DNA of 64,000 nucleotides. Origin: Anaeramoeba ignava BMAN (taxonomy: Eukaryota > Protista > Anaeramoebae). Below, piece after piece: positions 14,865 to 26,125 of the stretch. The notes beneath the pieces are model-generated. The model was not told the origin of the DNA. It ran no database searches and saw only the letters and a list, made by a program, of their open reading frames with translations. The translations under genes were made by a program, and so were the position numbers. Each line of letters opens with the position of its first letter. Position 1 is the first letter of the stretch. The stretch lies in assembly GCA_028826165.1 (NCBI GenBank), contig JAPDFW010000128.1, positions 85,220 to 149,219 on the forward strand. Reading direction: 5' to 3'.

Positions 14865-16610
14865 TTGTTGATTAAATTATTAAATGAATTATTGATTAAT
14901 TTGTTAATTAATTTATTGATTAATTTATTGATTAATTTGTTAATTAATTTGTTAATTAATTTGTTAATTAATTTGTTGATTAATTTGTTAATTAATTTGT
15001 TAATTAATTTGTTAATTAATTTGTTAATTCATTTGTTAATTAAATTATTAATTAAATTATTAATTAATTTGTTAATTAAATTGTTAATTAAATTATTAAT
15101 TAATTTGTTAATTCATTTGTTAATTAAATTATTAATTAAATTATTAATTAATTTGTTAATTAAATTGTTAATTAAATTATTAATTAATTTGTTAATTAAT
15201 TTGTTAATTAATTTGTTAATTAAATTATTAATTCATTTATTAATTCATTTATTGATTAATTTGTTAATTAAATTGTTAATTAATTTGTTAATTCATTTAT
15301 TGATTAATTTGTTAATTAATTTGTTAATTAATTTATTAATTAATTTGTTAATTAATTTATTGATTAATTTGTTGATTCATTTATTAATTAATTTGTTAAT
15401 TAATTTATTGATTAATTTGTTAATTAATTTGTTAATTAATTTATTAATTAATTTGTTAATTAATTTATTAATTCATTTGTTAATTAATTTGTTAATTCAT
15501 TTATTAATTAATTTGTTAATTCATTTTATTGATTCATTTATTGATTAATTTGTTAATTCATTAATTTGATTCATTTATTGATTAATTAATTTGTTAATTA
15601 ATTTGTTAATTAATTTGTTAATTAATTTATTAATTAATTTGTTAATTAATTTATTGATTAATTTGTTAATTAATTTATTGATTAATTTGTTAATTAATTT
15701 GTTAATTAATTTGTTAATTAATTTATTGATTAATTTGTTGATTAATTTATTGATTAATTTGTTGATTCATTTATTGATTAATTTGTTAATTAATTTGTTA
15801 ATTAATTTGTTAATTCATTTATTGATTAATTTGTTAATTAATTTGTTAATTAATTTGTTATTAATTAATTTGTTAATTAATTTGTTAATTAATTTGTTAA
15901 TTAATTTATTAATTAATTTGTTAATTAATTTGTTAATTAATTTGTTAATTAATTTGTTAATTAATTTGTTAATTAATTTGTTAATTAATTTGTTAATTAA
16001 ATTGTTAATTAATTTGTTAATTAATTTATTGATTAATTTGTTAATTAATTTGTTAATTAATTTGTTAATTAATTTATTGATTAATTTGTTATTTGATTAA
16101 TTTGTTAATTAATTTGTTAATTAATTTGTTGATTCATTTGTTAATTAATTTGTTAATTAATTTGTTAATTAATTTGTTAATTAATTTGTTAATTAATTTG
16201 TTAATTAATTTGTTAATTAATTTGTTAATTAATTTGTTAATTAATTTGTTAATTAATTTGTTGATTAATTTATTGATTAATTTGTTGATTAAATTGTTAA
16301 TTAATTTGTTAATTAATTTGTTAATTAAATTGTTAATTAAATTGTTAATTAATTTATTGATTAAATTATTTGAAAATTGTTGATTAAATTGTTAATTAAA
16401 TTGTTAATTAAATTGTTAATTAAATTATTGTTTAATTTGTTGATTCATTTGTTAATTAATTTATTAATTAATTTATTGATTCATTTGTTAATTAAATTAT
16501 TAATTAATTTATTGATTCATTTGTTAATTAAATTATTAATTAGTTTATTGATTCATTTGTTGATTCATTTGTTGATTCATTTGTTGATTCATTTGTTAAT
16601 TCATTTGTTG
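14865..16610. repeat. 12-bp minisatellite (TTGTTAATTAAT)n, about 145 units
   Basis: Tandem array with TTATTGATTAAT and TTCAT variants; source of the spurious (LINL)n ORFs. Confidence 0.97.
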
Positions 16611-18220
16611 GATTAGATTGAAATAATTCAAGAGTTTTAAAATGATGAAAAATTCCACATTGAGATTTTTTAAGTTCTTTAAAGAATAATTTATAATAAA
16701 ATTGGATATTATTTTCTTTTAAATTTTTGCAAAAAAATTTTTTTTGTTGACCAATCCAAGGTCTTGTTTGATCATAAATTTGTCTTGGAGTTGCAAATAT
16801 AAATATATTAATATGTGAAGTATTTTTTATAAAATTTGAAAAATTTAAAATATCATCATTTTCATGTGGAAAAAGATGAGCATCTAACCAATAAAAAGAT
16901 ATTATTTTTTTTGAAAAATCAAACATTTTTGAAAATTTTGGATCTTTTTGATTTTTGTTTAGATAAGCAATTTCTTGAACCAATCTGAAAGAAAATTAAA
17001 ATTAAAATTTATTTTTAAAATTCATTTATATTTATATTTATATTATTTAAGTATTTATATTTATATTTATATTTATATTTATATTTAGATTTATATTTAT
17101 ATTTTAAATATTTATATTTATATTTTAAATATTTTTATTTTAAATATTTTGATTTATATTTATATTTATATTTATATTTATATTTTAAATATTTATATTT
17201 ATATTTTAAATATTTATATTTATATTTTAAATATTTATATTTATATTTATATTTATATTTATATTTATATTTATATTTATATTTATATTTTTATTTATGT
17301 TTATATTTATATTTTTGAACCAATCTGAAAATTAATATTTTTTAAAATATTTATGTTTTTAAAATATTTTATATTTTAAATATTTTTATTTTAAATATTT
17401 TTATTTTTTAAATATTTATATTTTAAATATTTATATTTATATTTATATTTATATTTTTATATTTATATTTATATTTATATTTATATTTATATTTATATTT
17501 ATATTTATATTTATATTTATATTTATATTTTATATTTATATTTTAAATATTTATATTTATATTTTAAATATTTATATTTATATTTTAAATATTTATATTT
17601 ATATTTATATTTTAAATATTTATATTTATATTTTAAATATTTATATTTATATTTATATTTTAAATATTTATATTTATATTTTAAATATTTATATTTTAAA
17701 TATTTTGATTTATATTAAAATTCGTTTATAAAATTAAAATAGATATCGAAAAACAACCTTTCAAGAACAACAGAACCTCTTGAAAAACCAATAATAATAA
17801 ATTGTTCAGGAAAATCAATCTTTAAAGATTTACAATAAAATAATAAAGAATTATAAAGAAAATTAAAAGCAATAATTTGATGTTTCTGATTTTTTTTTGG
17901 AGGAAGAAATTTTGAATAATCAGCAAAACCTTTAATAAGTTTAGGTCTTTTAAATATTTTAATTTTTTAATTCGTAATTTAATTTATGTTTTGAATTTAT
18001 TTTTCTTAATTTATTTTTTTATTGACTACTTTGGCATTAAAATATTTGAATCAGGAAATTTCTCTTTTAAAATTTTCATTGTTTTTTCAAGTGAATATTC
18101 TTCATAAATTCGTTCAATTTCATTTTGAAAATTTTGAATATCTCCTTGAAAATAAATAACTGTTGTTTTTGGATTTAAAATTAAATGAGAAAAAACTGGA
18201 AAAAATTCTTTTTGATTCAT
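16540..18220 (-). CDS. C2orf69/UPF0565-like putative hydrolase, 3 exons
   Basis: VIYFQGDIQNF, IIGFSRGSVVL, YWLDAH, ATPRQIYDQTRPWIG and HFKTLELF parallel C2orf69 motifs (YFPGDVQ, IGFSKGCVVL, YWLDGGH, VTPYQV.D.MR.WIG). Exons 18220-18030, 17946-17758, 16984-16540. Confidence 0.85.
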
Positions 18221-18298
18221 ATTAAAAAAAAAATGAAAAAATGAAAAAAAAAATTTTTAATTTAATTTTTAATTTAATTTTTAATTTAAATTTTTTTA

Positions 18299-18410
18299 AT
18301 CAGAAACTCAGTTATAAAAATATTGAGTAACGGTTATAATCAAAGATTAAATTAAATAATCTCATATGACCGTCGTGAATTTGTTACATTTTTTCTTCAT
18401 TGTTTCTGAT
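18299..18410 (-). ncRNA. Box C/D snoRNA, snR73/U35 (SNORD35)-type guide for LSU rRNA Cm2959 (yeast numbering)
   Basis: 9-bp terminal stem ATCAGAAAC/GTTTCTGAT; box C ATGAAGA (18400-18394); box D CTGA (18311-18308); D' ATGA (18365-18362); C'-like TGATTA; 11-nt guide TCACGACGGTC antisense to conserved LSU GACCGUCGUGA. The D'+5 rule lands on the first C of GACCG. Confidence 0.88.
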
Positions 18411-18425
18411 ATAATTTTTTAATTT

Positions 18426-18460
18426 AAAAAAATGAAAAAAATAAAAAAATGAAAAAAAAA
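18426..18460 (-). promoter_or_regulatory. Inr-like T(n)CAT(n) motifs upstream of the snoRNA
   Basis: Two minus-strand TTTTTTCATTTTTT copies 15-50 nt 5' of the snoRNA; the same motif precedes protein genes. Confidence 0.6.
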
Positions 18461-18536
18461 ATTATTTTTTTTAATTAAATTTTCTCCTTTTTTTTTCATT
18501 TTTTTTTTCTCCTTTTTAATTAATTTAAATTAAAAA

Positions 18537-20585
18537 ATGGATTATTATTGGATTCTTCCAAAAAGTAAATCACCTCCAATCAAAAGATTTGCACAAAGTG
18601 GAGTTATAATAGAAGATGATTTATATTTCTTTGGCGGTTTACAAATTCAAAACAATGAAATTCCTCTTAATGATATAGTTAAATATAATTTAAATGAAAA
18701 CAGTTGGAAAAGAGTTTTACCAAAAATTCCCAAAATGTCTTTCCATGGCACAGCTGAATACAACGGCAAACTGTTTATTTACGGAGGAGTTTCTAACAAC
18801 AACAGAAAAGTGAGCAACGTTTTCTCTGTTGATTTGAAAACATTTGAAATTCAAGAAATTTCTCCTCAAGAATACGGTATTTGGCCCGAATCTCGATCAC
18901 AACATGTCTTTATCGGCTATGATAACTGGGCCTATTTGCTTTGGGGAAATCACGAATACAAACTCATGGACCAAGTTTTCCGCTTCAATATGGACAGATG
19001 CAAATGGGAGTTGATATATGGAGATATTGATAAAAGCGAAAAAGCAATTCATGGCGTTCCAAATTCTGCCAATGTCACTTTGGAAAAGAGCTACTTTAGA
19101 TCTGGCTTTACTCCTAATTTGTTTGGTAATGATAATGACATTGATGATGAGAGAGATGATGAAAGAGATGACATTGATGACGAAAGTGACAGCAGAGAAG
19201 AAGACAATGATGATGAAAAAGAACTTGAAAAGGATGGCAATGACAGCGAGAAAAAAAGCACAAATCAGAAACCGATCGATAACAATTTTGATGAGCATAT
19301 TGTCAAGGATTTATCTCTGGAGACAAGAGTAAGACCAAAACCACGCATACTTTGCTCTTCTTCTATTTACAAAGACTCAATCGCGATATTCGGAGGATTT
19401 GAACCGGAAAGTGAAAAAAGTTTTAACGATTTTTGGTTCTTTCATTTGCCAGATCAAAAGTGGACCGAAGAGAAGGATTTCTATGGAATACCACCAACTG
19501 CGCGGAAGGGTCATCAAACAGCCGTTGTGAATGAGGACTTGATTCTCTTTGGCGGAACACTTGATACAACCAACTATAATGATCAATATGTTTGCGAGGT
19601 TTTCATCTTCAACTTCGAAAGCGAGACATGGAAGCGAGTGGAGGCAAGCGGATCAACACCTCAACCGCGGATGTTCCATTCGATGATGAGCTATCCAAGA
19701 CAAAACCAAGTTGTCGGATGTTTTGGACTTGGGATCAGTGGAGAACCGTTAAATGATGTCTTTTGCCTGCAACTTCCTGTTTCGTCCACACTTGTTAGTG
19801 ATCTCAAGAACTTGTTTATAAGGCAGGAATTGTGCGATGTTGTTGTCAAAAACGAAATAAAAGCGCATAGTTGCATTTTGAAGGCTAGAGTTGGAAACGT
19901 TGATAAATTTTTGAGAACTTGTTATCAAGTCGACGAAAATACAATAAAATCTCTTCTTATTTTTATCTATTCAGGCACACTTCCGTTATTTGATCAATCC
20001 GAAAGAAATGAAGTAATTGAACTGGCAAAAAAATTAGGTTTCAAAGTTAATACTTCAATTAGGGGGCAAAATGTGGAAAATTTAAAAAGAGGGCAAAATT
20101 TAAATATTCTTCATTTAAAACGGGATTTGAAGAAATTACTGCAAGGAAAAGTGCCAGATTGCGAGCCTGATTTTGAGCTGATTCCCGCACAGAACTCAGA
20201 CAAAGATTTGCAGAAAAAGCCTCAATCAATCAAGGTTCATAAACCGATCCTTGCAGCGCGATGTGATCTTTTTCAAGGCATGTTTGCATGCGTTCAATCT
20301 GACGAGAATTCAGCTCCAGATCTCAGCGGTCGCTCATATTTTTCCCTCAAAGCCTTTGTCAACTATCTCTATTCAGACTCTGTCATGCTTTATCTTAACT
20401 CAGATATCGCTCTTGATCTTCTCGATGCTGTTGAATTTTATGGATTGTCAAATAACTACTTGCGTTATCAATGCATTTCTTTTTTATATTCAAATATGAC
20501 AAAAGAAGATGTTCCAAAAGTTAGAGATTATGCTGATCGTTTTGAGATTAAAGAACTTCAAAATCGTTGTGCAAATTTTGATTAA
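18537..20585 (+). CDS. Kelch-repeat plus tandem BTB protein (LZTR1-like architecture)
   Basis: Kelch repeats (YFFGG, FIYGG, AIFGG, ILFGG with PxxR..H); two BTB segments (IKAHSCILKAR, IKVHKPILAARCDLFQGMF). Confidence 0.9.
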   Translation: MDYYWILPKSKSPPIKRFAQSGVIIEDDLYFFGGLQIQNNEIPLNDIVKYNLNENSWKRVLPKIPKMSFHGTAEYNGKLFIYGGVSNNNRKVSNVFSVDLKTFEIQEISPQEYGIWPESRSQHVFIGYDNWAYLLWGNHEYKLMDQVFRFNMDRCKWELIYGDIDKSEKAIHGVPNSANVTLEKSYFRSGFTPNLFGNDNDIDDERDDERDDIDDESDSREEDNDDEKELEKDGNDSEKKSTNQKPIDNNFDEHIVKDLSLETRVRPKPRILCSSSIYKDSIAIFGGFEPESEKSFNDFWFFHLPDQKWTEEKDFYGIPPTARKGHQTAVVNEDLILFGGTLDTTNYNDQYVCEVFIFNFESETWKRVEASGSTPQPRMFHSMMSYPRQNQVVGCFGLGISGEPLNDVFCLQLPVSSTLVSDLKNLFIRQELCDVVVKNEIKAHSCILKARVGNVDKFLRTCYQVDENTIKSLLIFIYSGTLPLFDQSERNEVIELAKKLGFKVNTSIRGQNVENLKRGQNLNILHLKRDLKKLLQGKVPDCEPDFELIPAQNSDKDLQKKPQSIKVHKPILAARCDLFQGMFACVQSDENSAPDLSGRSYFSLKAFVNYLYSDSVMLYLNSDIALDLLDAVEFYGLSNNYLRYQCISFLYSNMTKEDVPKVRDYADRFEIKELQNRCANFD

Positions 20586-20700
20586 AACTTTATTTCAAAA
20601 AACAAAAAACAAAAACAATCAAAAAATTTCCCAAAAAAAAAAAAAAATCTTTTTCTTTTTCTTTTTCGAAATTTGGAAAATAAAAGAATTAAAAAATTAT

Positions 20701-21930
20701 TTAAAAAAATCTTTGATTCAAAGTAATTGGAAATTTTTTAAAAGAAGTTAAATTAAAAGGAATTAAAGAAGAAAGAATATTTTTTGGATTTGAATTTGAA
20801 TTTTGATTTAAATTTGAATTTTTCTTTTTGGAATGAAAATGTTCAGAAAAATAATCAAGAGGATTAAAACTAGAATTTTCTTGATAATAATAAGGAGAAG
20901 AAAGAATAGAAATGCGAGAACCTTTTGATAAAGTTGAAGAAAGATAAAAAGAAGACATTTTTTGAGATAAAATTAATTTATAATGATCCCAAATTTCCAA
21001 AATCCATTCATATACAAAGTGAGAAATAATCGAAGAAGGAAGAACACTAAACAAACGAGATCCAAGACCCTTTATAAAGTATTTCACTCCGTTTTCTTGA
21101 TAAACAGTCTTAGCTGTTTGCATGATAGTTGAGTACTTCTTGTCCCCATTTTCTACAAGACGGCGAGTCTGCATTTTGGTTTTGATCACATCAACAGGAA
21201 TAGTCAAAGTAGTAGACATGATTGTTGCGGCAGAAACGGAGAGTATGTGTTTTATCGGATGAATTTTTTGGATTTTTTCTTTTTGATTTTTCAAATTTGA
21301 ATTCAATTTTTTATTTGATCCACTTTTTGGAAAATTTCTGATATAATCATAAGTAAACCAATAAACAGGGGTGGAAATAATGTCCCTCAGCAGATATGCA
21401 GAGTATCCTGTGAAGAGTTCGGAAATGCCATAATGGCGGTACAAATAGAGCAGTGTTTGCGATAACGTCATGTGAGGAATAAGTGCAGTTCGCTCAAGTT
21501 GCATTCTTTGTTTTGAAATTTCGATCGGGTTTCTAATCGACAAAACAATCATCCTTGCCAGTGCGGCATCTAAGAAGGGTCTTGAGTTAATGAGGAAGTT
21601 CTTAGCGTGGAGAAAAAGTCCATGGAAATGAGAATGATGAATGGGAAGAATATCTTCGTCAAAATTTTTGTATTGATTTTGAGTTTTCACATAATGATAT
21701 AGAAAAAACGATAATGCAGTACTTGGAACCGTTGACACCAAGCTTGCTAATATCCCTTTCATGTACCCCCGTGACTTTAAGTGACTTCCGTGAAATTGTA
21801 CTCTTGTTTTCATTGTGTCAAAAGGTGCTGTTAATATTACACTTACTATTCGGGACACTCCCCCTGCTATTAAATGTTTAATTGGTTCAAATTCTTTTTT
21901 TATTTCTTTTTCTTCATTGGTTTTATTCAT
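20701..21930 (-). CDS. Mitochondrial carrier family (SLC25) protein
   Basis: Three Px[DE]xx[KR] motifs: PFDTMKTRVQ, PIEISKQRMQ, PVDVIKTKMQ; about 90-aa Ser-rich C-terminal tail. Substrate not assignable by eye. Confidence 0.9.
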   Translation of the reverse strand: MNKTNEEKEIKKEFEPIKHLIAGGVSRIVSVILTAPFDTMKTRVQFHGSHLKSRGYMKGILASLVSTVPSTALSFFLYHYVKTQNQYKNFDEDILPIHHSHFHGLFLHAKNFLINSRPFLDAALARMIVLSIRNPIEISKQRMQLERTALIPHMTLSQTLLYLYRHYGISELFTGYSAYLLRDIISTPVYWFTYDYIRNFPKSGSNKKLNSNLKNQKEKIQKIHPIKHILSVSAATIMSTTLTIPVDVIKTKMQTRRLVENGDKKYSTIMQTAKTVYQENGVKYFIKGLGSRLFSVLPSSIISHFVYEWILEIWDHYKLILSQKMSSFYLSSTLSKGSRISILSSPYYYQENSSFNPLDYFSEHFHSKKKNSNLNQNSNSNPKNILSSLIPFNLTSFKKFPITLNQRFF

Positions 21931-21979
21931 TTCCTTTTTTGAAATTTTTTTGGAAAGAAAAAAAATGAAAAAAAATTAA

Positions 21980-23965
21980 AAAAAATAAATCAAGAATAAT
22001 AAATAATTCCATTTGAAATTAATTTTAAATAAGATTTTATCAATATTTATTTATTTAAAATTAAATAAAATTATTATAAATAATTAAATAAAATTAATAA
22101 AATATTTCAATTAAAAAATTAAAAAAAATAAATCAAGAATAATAAATAATTCAATTTAAAATCAATTTTAAATATTATTTTATTAACATTTATTTATTTA
22201 AAATTAAATAAAATTATTATAAATAATTAAATAAAATTAATAAAATATTTCAATTAAAAAATTAAAAAAAATAAATCAAGAATAATAAATAATTCAATTT
22301 GAAATTAATTTTAAATAAGATTTTATTAATATTTATTTATTTAAAATTAAATAAAATTATTATAAATAATTAAATAAAATTAATAAAATATTTTTAATTA
22401 GAAAAAAATTGAATTGAAATCAAGAATAATAAATAATTCAATTTAAAATTAATTTTAAAATAAGATTTTATTAATATTTATTTATTTAAAATTAATTAAA
22501 ACTATTATAAATAATTAAATAAAATTAATAAAATATTTTAATTAAAAATTAAATTGAAATCAAGAATAATAAATAATTCAATTTAAAATTAATTTCAAAA
22601 ATAAGATTTTATTAATATTTATTTATTTAAAAATTAAATAAAACTATTATAAATAATTAAATAAAATTAATAAAATATTTTAATAAGAAAAAAATTGAAT
22701 TGAAATAAAGAATAATAAATAATTCAATTTGAAATTAATTTTAAAATATGATTTTATTAATATTTATTTATTTAAAATTAAATAAAATTATTATAAATAT
22801 TTAAATAAAATTAATAAAATATTTTAATAAGAAAAAAATTGAATTGAAATAAAGAATAATAAATAATTCAATTTAAAATTAATTTTAAATATGATTTTAT
22901 TAACATTTATTTATTTAAAATTAATTAAAACTATTATAAATATTTAAATAAAATTAATAAAATATTTTAATAAGAAAAAAATTGAATTGAAATAAAGAAT
23001 AATAAATAATTCAATTTAAAATTAATTTTAAATATGATTTTATTAACATTTATTTATTTAAAATTAATTAAAATTATTATAAATATTTAAATAAAATTAA
23101 TAAAATATTTTAATAAGAAAAAAATTGAATTGAAATAAAGAATAATAAATAATTCAATTTGAAATTAATTTAAAATATGATTTTATTAATATTTATTTAT
23201 TTAAAATTAAATAAAACTATTATAAATATTTAAATAAAATTAATAAAATATTTTTAATTAGAAAAAAATTGAATTGAAATAAAGAATAATAAATAATTCA
23301 ATTTAAAATTAATTTTTTAAATATGATTTTATTAACATTTATTTATTTAAAATTAATTAAAACTATTATAAATATTTAAATAAAATTAATAAAATATTTT
23401 AATAAGAGAAAAATTGAATTGAAATAAAGAATAATAAATAATTCAATTTAAAATTAATTTTTAAAATATGATTTTATTAACATTTATTTATTTAAAATTA
23501 ATTAAAATTATTATAAATATTTAAATAAAATTAATAAAATATTTTAATAAGAAAAAAATTGAATTGAAATAAAGAATAATAAATAATTCAATTTAAAATT
23601 AATTTTAAAATAAGATTTTATTAACATTTATTTATTTAAAATTAATTAAAATTATTATAAATAATTAAATAAAATTAATAAAATATTTCAATTAAAAAAA
23701 AAATTGAATTGAAATAAAGAATAATAAATAATTCAATTTGAAATTAATTTTAAATATGATTTTATTAACATTTATTTATTTGAAATTTAATAAAACTATT
23801 ATAAATATTTAAATAAAATTAATAAAATATTTTAACAAGAAAAAAATTGAATTGAAATCAAGAATAATAAATAATTCAATTTGAAATTAATTTAAAATAT
23901 GATTTTATTAACATTTATTTATTTAAAATTAAATAAAACTATTATAAATATTTAAATAAAATGAA
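21980..23965. repeat. Intergenic satellite, 14 tandem copies of a 140-146 bp nearly pure AT monomer
   Basis: Anchor (C/A)AAGAATAATAAATAATTC at 21991, 22134, 22277, 22421, 22561, 22707, 22851, 22994, 23137, 23281, 23426, 23571, 23716, 23859. Confidence 0.96.
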
Positions 23966-24122
23966 AAAAATATTTTAATCAACTTTTTAATAACATTTTT
24001 AAATTAAAATTAAATTATTTAAAATTAAATTTGTTTCTTTTTTATTGATTTGAAGAATTTAATTTGATTGAAAGTAAATTAAAATAGAATTAAATTTTGA
24101 AAAAAAAGTTGAAAAAAAATTT

Positions 24123-26060
24123 TTAAATGAAATAAGTTTCAAGTTCATCAACAACCCAATTATCATAAGAACCAGCTAAATAACTTTTAGCTTCATTTGT
24201 TCCTTTTTGAATTCCCTTAGGAAGGTTATAATAAGTACCAAAAAGAGAATAACCAGATTGTAAATTAGAATTTAAATAAAAATCAGGATATCCAAAAAAT
24301 GGACCATTAGCTGGATTATAATAAATTGCATATTGTTCTTTCCATTTTTCAGTTGTAAACTTTTCTGGTTTCCTATCTCCTTTATCATTTCTTAATGAAA
24401 AAATAAATGCATTTGAGTCTTTAATATATCTTGAATCTCCTGTCATAAATCCAACTTGAGTAAATCCTCCAAAAATAAAATTATCTTTTGTTTTGATAAT
24501 AACTAATGTTCTTCCTCTATTATCAACTGTTGAATGCCATTTTTTACAATCAAATCCATCTCTTTTTGCTGAAAATCCTTTTTTCATTTTAGAATAAAAA
24601 TCATTATCATTTATCCATTCATTTAATTTCTTTGCATGTTCAATATCTCCAATAATTTTTGAATCTGAAAATTTAGGAAAATGTGTAACCATTTTGATTT
24701 TCTTTTTTTTTCTCTCAATTTTTGATTTCAATATTTCGTTTTCTTTACTTTTTTCCTTAATTTCTGATTTTATTTGATCATTTTCCCTGTTTTTCTCATC
24801 AATTTCAATATGCATTTGATCATTTTCTCTTTTCCATTTCTCTTCAATTTCCTTATTTATCTTTTGAACTTCTTGTTTTAATTGTCGATTTTCGAATTTA
24901 CTATCTCCAATTTTCATTTTCATTTTTTTATTTTCATAATATTTCTCTTCAATTTTTTTGTTTCTCTTGTCAATTTTTTTGTTTCTCTTGTCAATTTCCT
25001 TTTTTTTCTCATCAATTTCCCTTTTCAAATATTCATTTTCCTTATCTTTCTTTTCATTTTCCAATTTCATTTCATCAAGCTCTTTTTTCAATTTATCTTC
25101 AATTTCTTTTTGATTGCCTTGAATAACTTTGTTTTGAATATCAACTAAAAAAGATTTAGGAAAAATATCAAATTGTTTTAATTTATCAAAATCTTCTTTT
25201 GAAATTGAATCTTTATCAAATAATGAAAAAAAAGAATGAAATAATCTTTTCTTTGCATTCTCTTTGTGTTCATATTTCTTTAATTTTAATCTTTCATTTC
25301 TTTTTTCAATCCAATTACTTAAAAATTGGAAAAAATCAAATTGAAAAATTTCTTTTTTTTCTTGTTTAAATTGAATAAATTTGATAATTTCTTCTTTAGT
25401 TAAATTGAATAAATTTTCATTATTCTGAATTTGGGAAAAATTTTGATTTATTAATTCAAAACATTTTATTTCAATTTCATTTGATTTTAAATTTCGATTT
25501 TGGAATAAAAATTGGAAAAAATTTGAATAATTAATTGAATTTGAAATTTTTTTTTGAATAAATTCTTTCAATAAATTTAATTTAAAATAAATTGAAATTT
25601 CCAATAATTGGAGAAGATTTTCTTGATTCTCAAAAGAAATATTTCCATGATAAATATATTTCAAAATTGATTCCATTTCTTTTTTATTAAATTGATTTAA
25701 AAAAATCTTATCAATATGATTTTTCCCTTTTAAAAGTGCATTAAAAAAAGGAGATCTTGAATGTAAAATTGATTTATGAACTTTAATTTCAAAAGGATTT
25801 GATTCATTCTCAACAAAAATTGAAAAATCTTTAAATGAATTTCCATTTAAAAGGTTTGAATAATCTTTAATTAAATTTTTTGTTACTTTTTTTTCTAAAT
25901 TTTTCATTTTAATTTCATTTTCATTTTCAGTTTCAGTTTGAGTTTCAGTTTCTGTTTCAGTTTCTGTTTCTGTTTCAGTTTCTGTTTCATTTGAATTTGA
26001 ATTTGAATTTGAATTTGAATTTGAATTTGAATTTGAATTTTGATTATTATTATTATTCAT
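24123..26060 (-). CDS. BTB(-BACK) / coiled-coil / TLDc domain protein
   Basis: BTB (KDFSIF...IKVHKSILHSRSPFF...ILKYIYHG); TLDc (SAKRDGF...DNRGRTLVIIKT...IFGGFT...DSNAFIFSL...GPFFG...ELETY). Confidence 0.9.
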   Translation of the reverse strand: MNNNNNQNSNSNSNSNSNSNSNSNETETETETETETETETQTETENENEIKMKNLEKKVTKNLIKDYSNLLNGNSFKDFSIFVENESNPFEIKVHKSILHSRSPFFNALLKGKNHIDKIFLNQFNKKEMESILKYIYHGNISFENQENLLQLLEISIYFKLNLLKEFIQKKISNSINYSNFFQFLFQNRNLKSNEIEIKCFELINQNFSQIQNNENLFNLTKEEIIKFIQFKQEKKEIFQFDFFQFLSNWIEKRNERLKLKKYEHKENAKKRLFHSFFSLFDKDSISKEDFDKLKQFDIFPKSFLVDIQNKVIQGNQKEIEDKLKKELDEMKLENEKKDKENEYLKREIDEKKKEIDKRNKKIDKRNKKIEEKYYENKKMKMKIGDSKFENRQLKQEVQKINKEIEEKWKRENDQMHIEIDEKNRENDQIKSEIKEKSKENEILKSKIERKKKKIKMVTHFPKFSDSKIIGDIEHAKKLNEWINDNDFYSKMKKGFSAKRDGFDCKKWHSTVDNRGRTLVIIKTKDNFIFGGFTQVGFMTGDSRYIKDSNAFIFSLRNDKGDRKPEKFTTEKWKEQYAIYYNPANGPFFGYPDFYLNSNLQSGYSLFGTYYNLPKGIQKGTNEAKSYLAGSYDNWVVDELETYFI

Positions 26061-26125
26061 TTTATTTTTTGTGTTTTAAAAAAGAAAAAAATGAAAAAAA
26101 TATTTTTGCTTTTTTATTTTTTATT

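Noticed and set aside
14865-16616. (LINL)n ORFs, and the many KIKIKI / ILILIL / FDFDFD / FNFNFN ORFs elsewhere
   Set aside because: Translations of micro- and minisatellites, or shadow frames of NQ/NE repeats.
21980-23965. CRISPR-like array
   Set aside because: The whole monomer repeats with no unique spacers; eukaryotic context and no cas genes.
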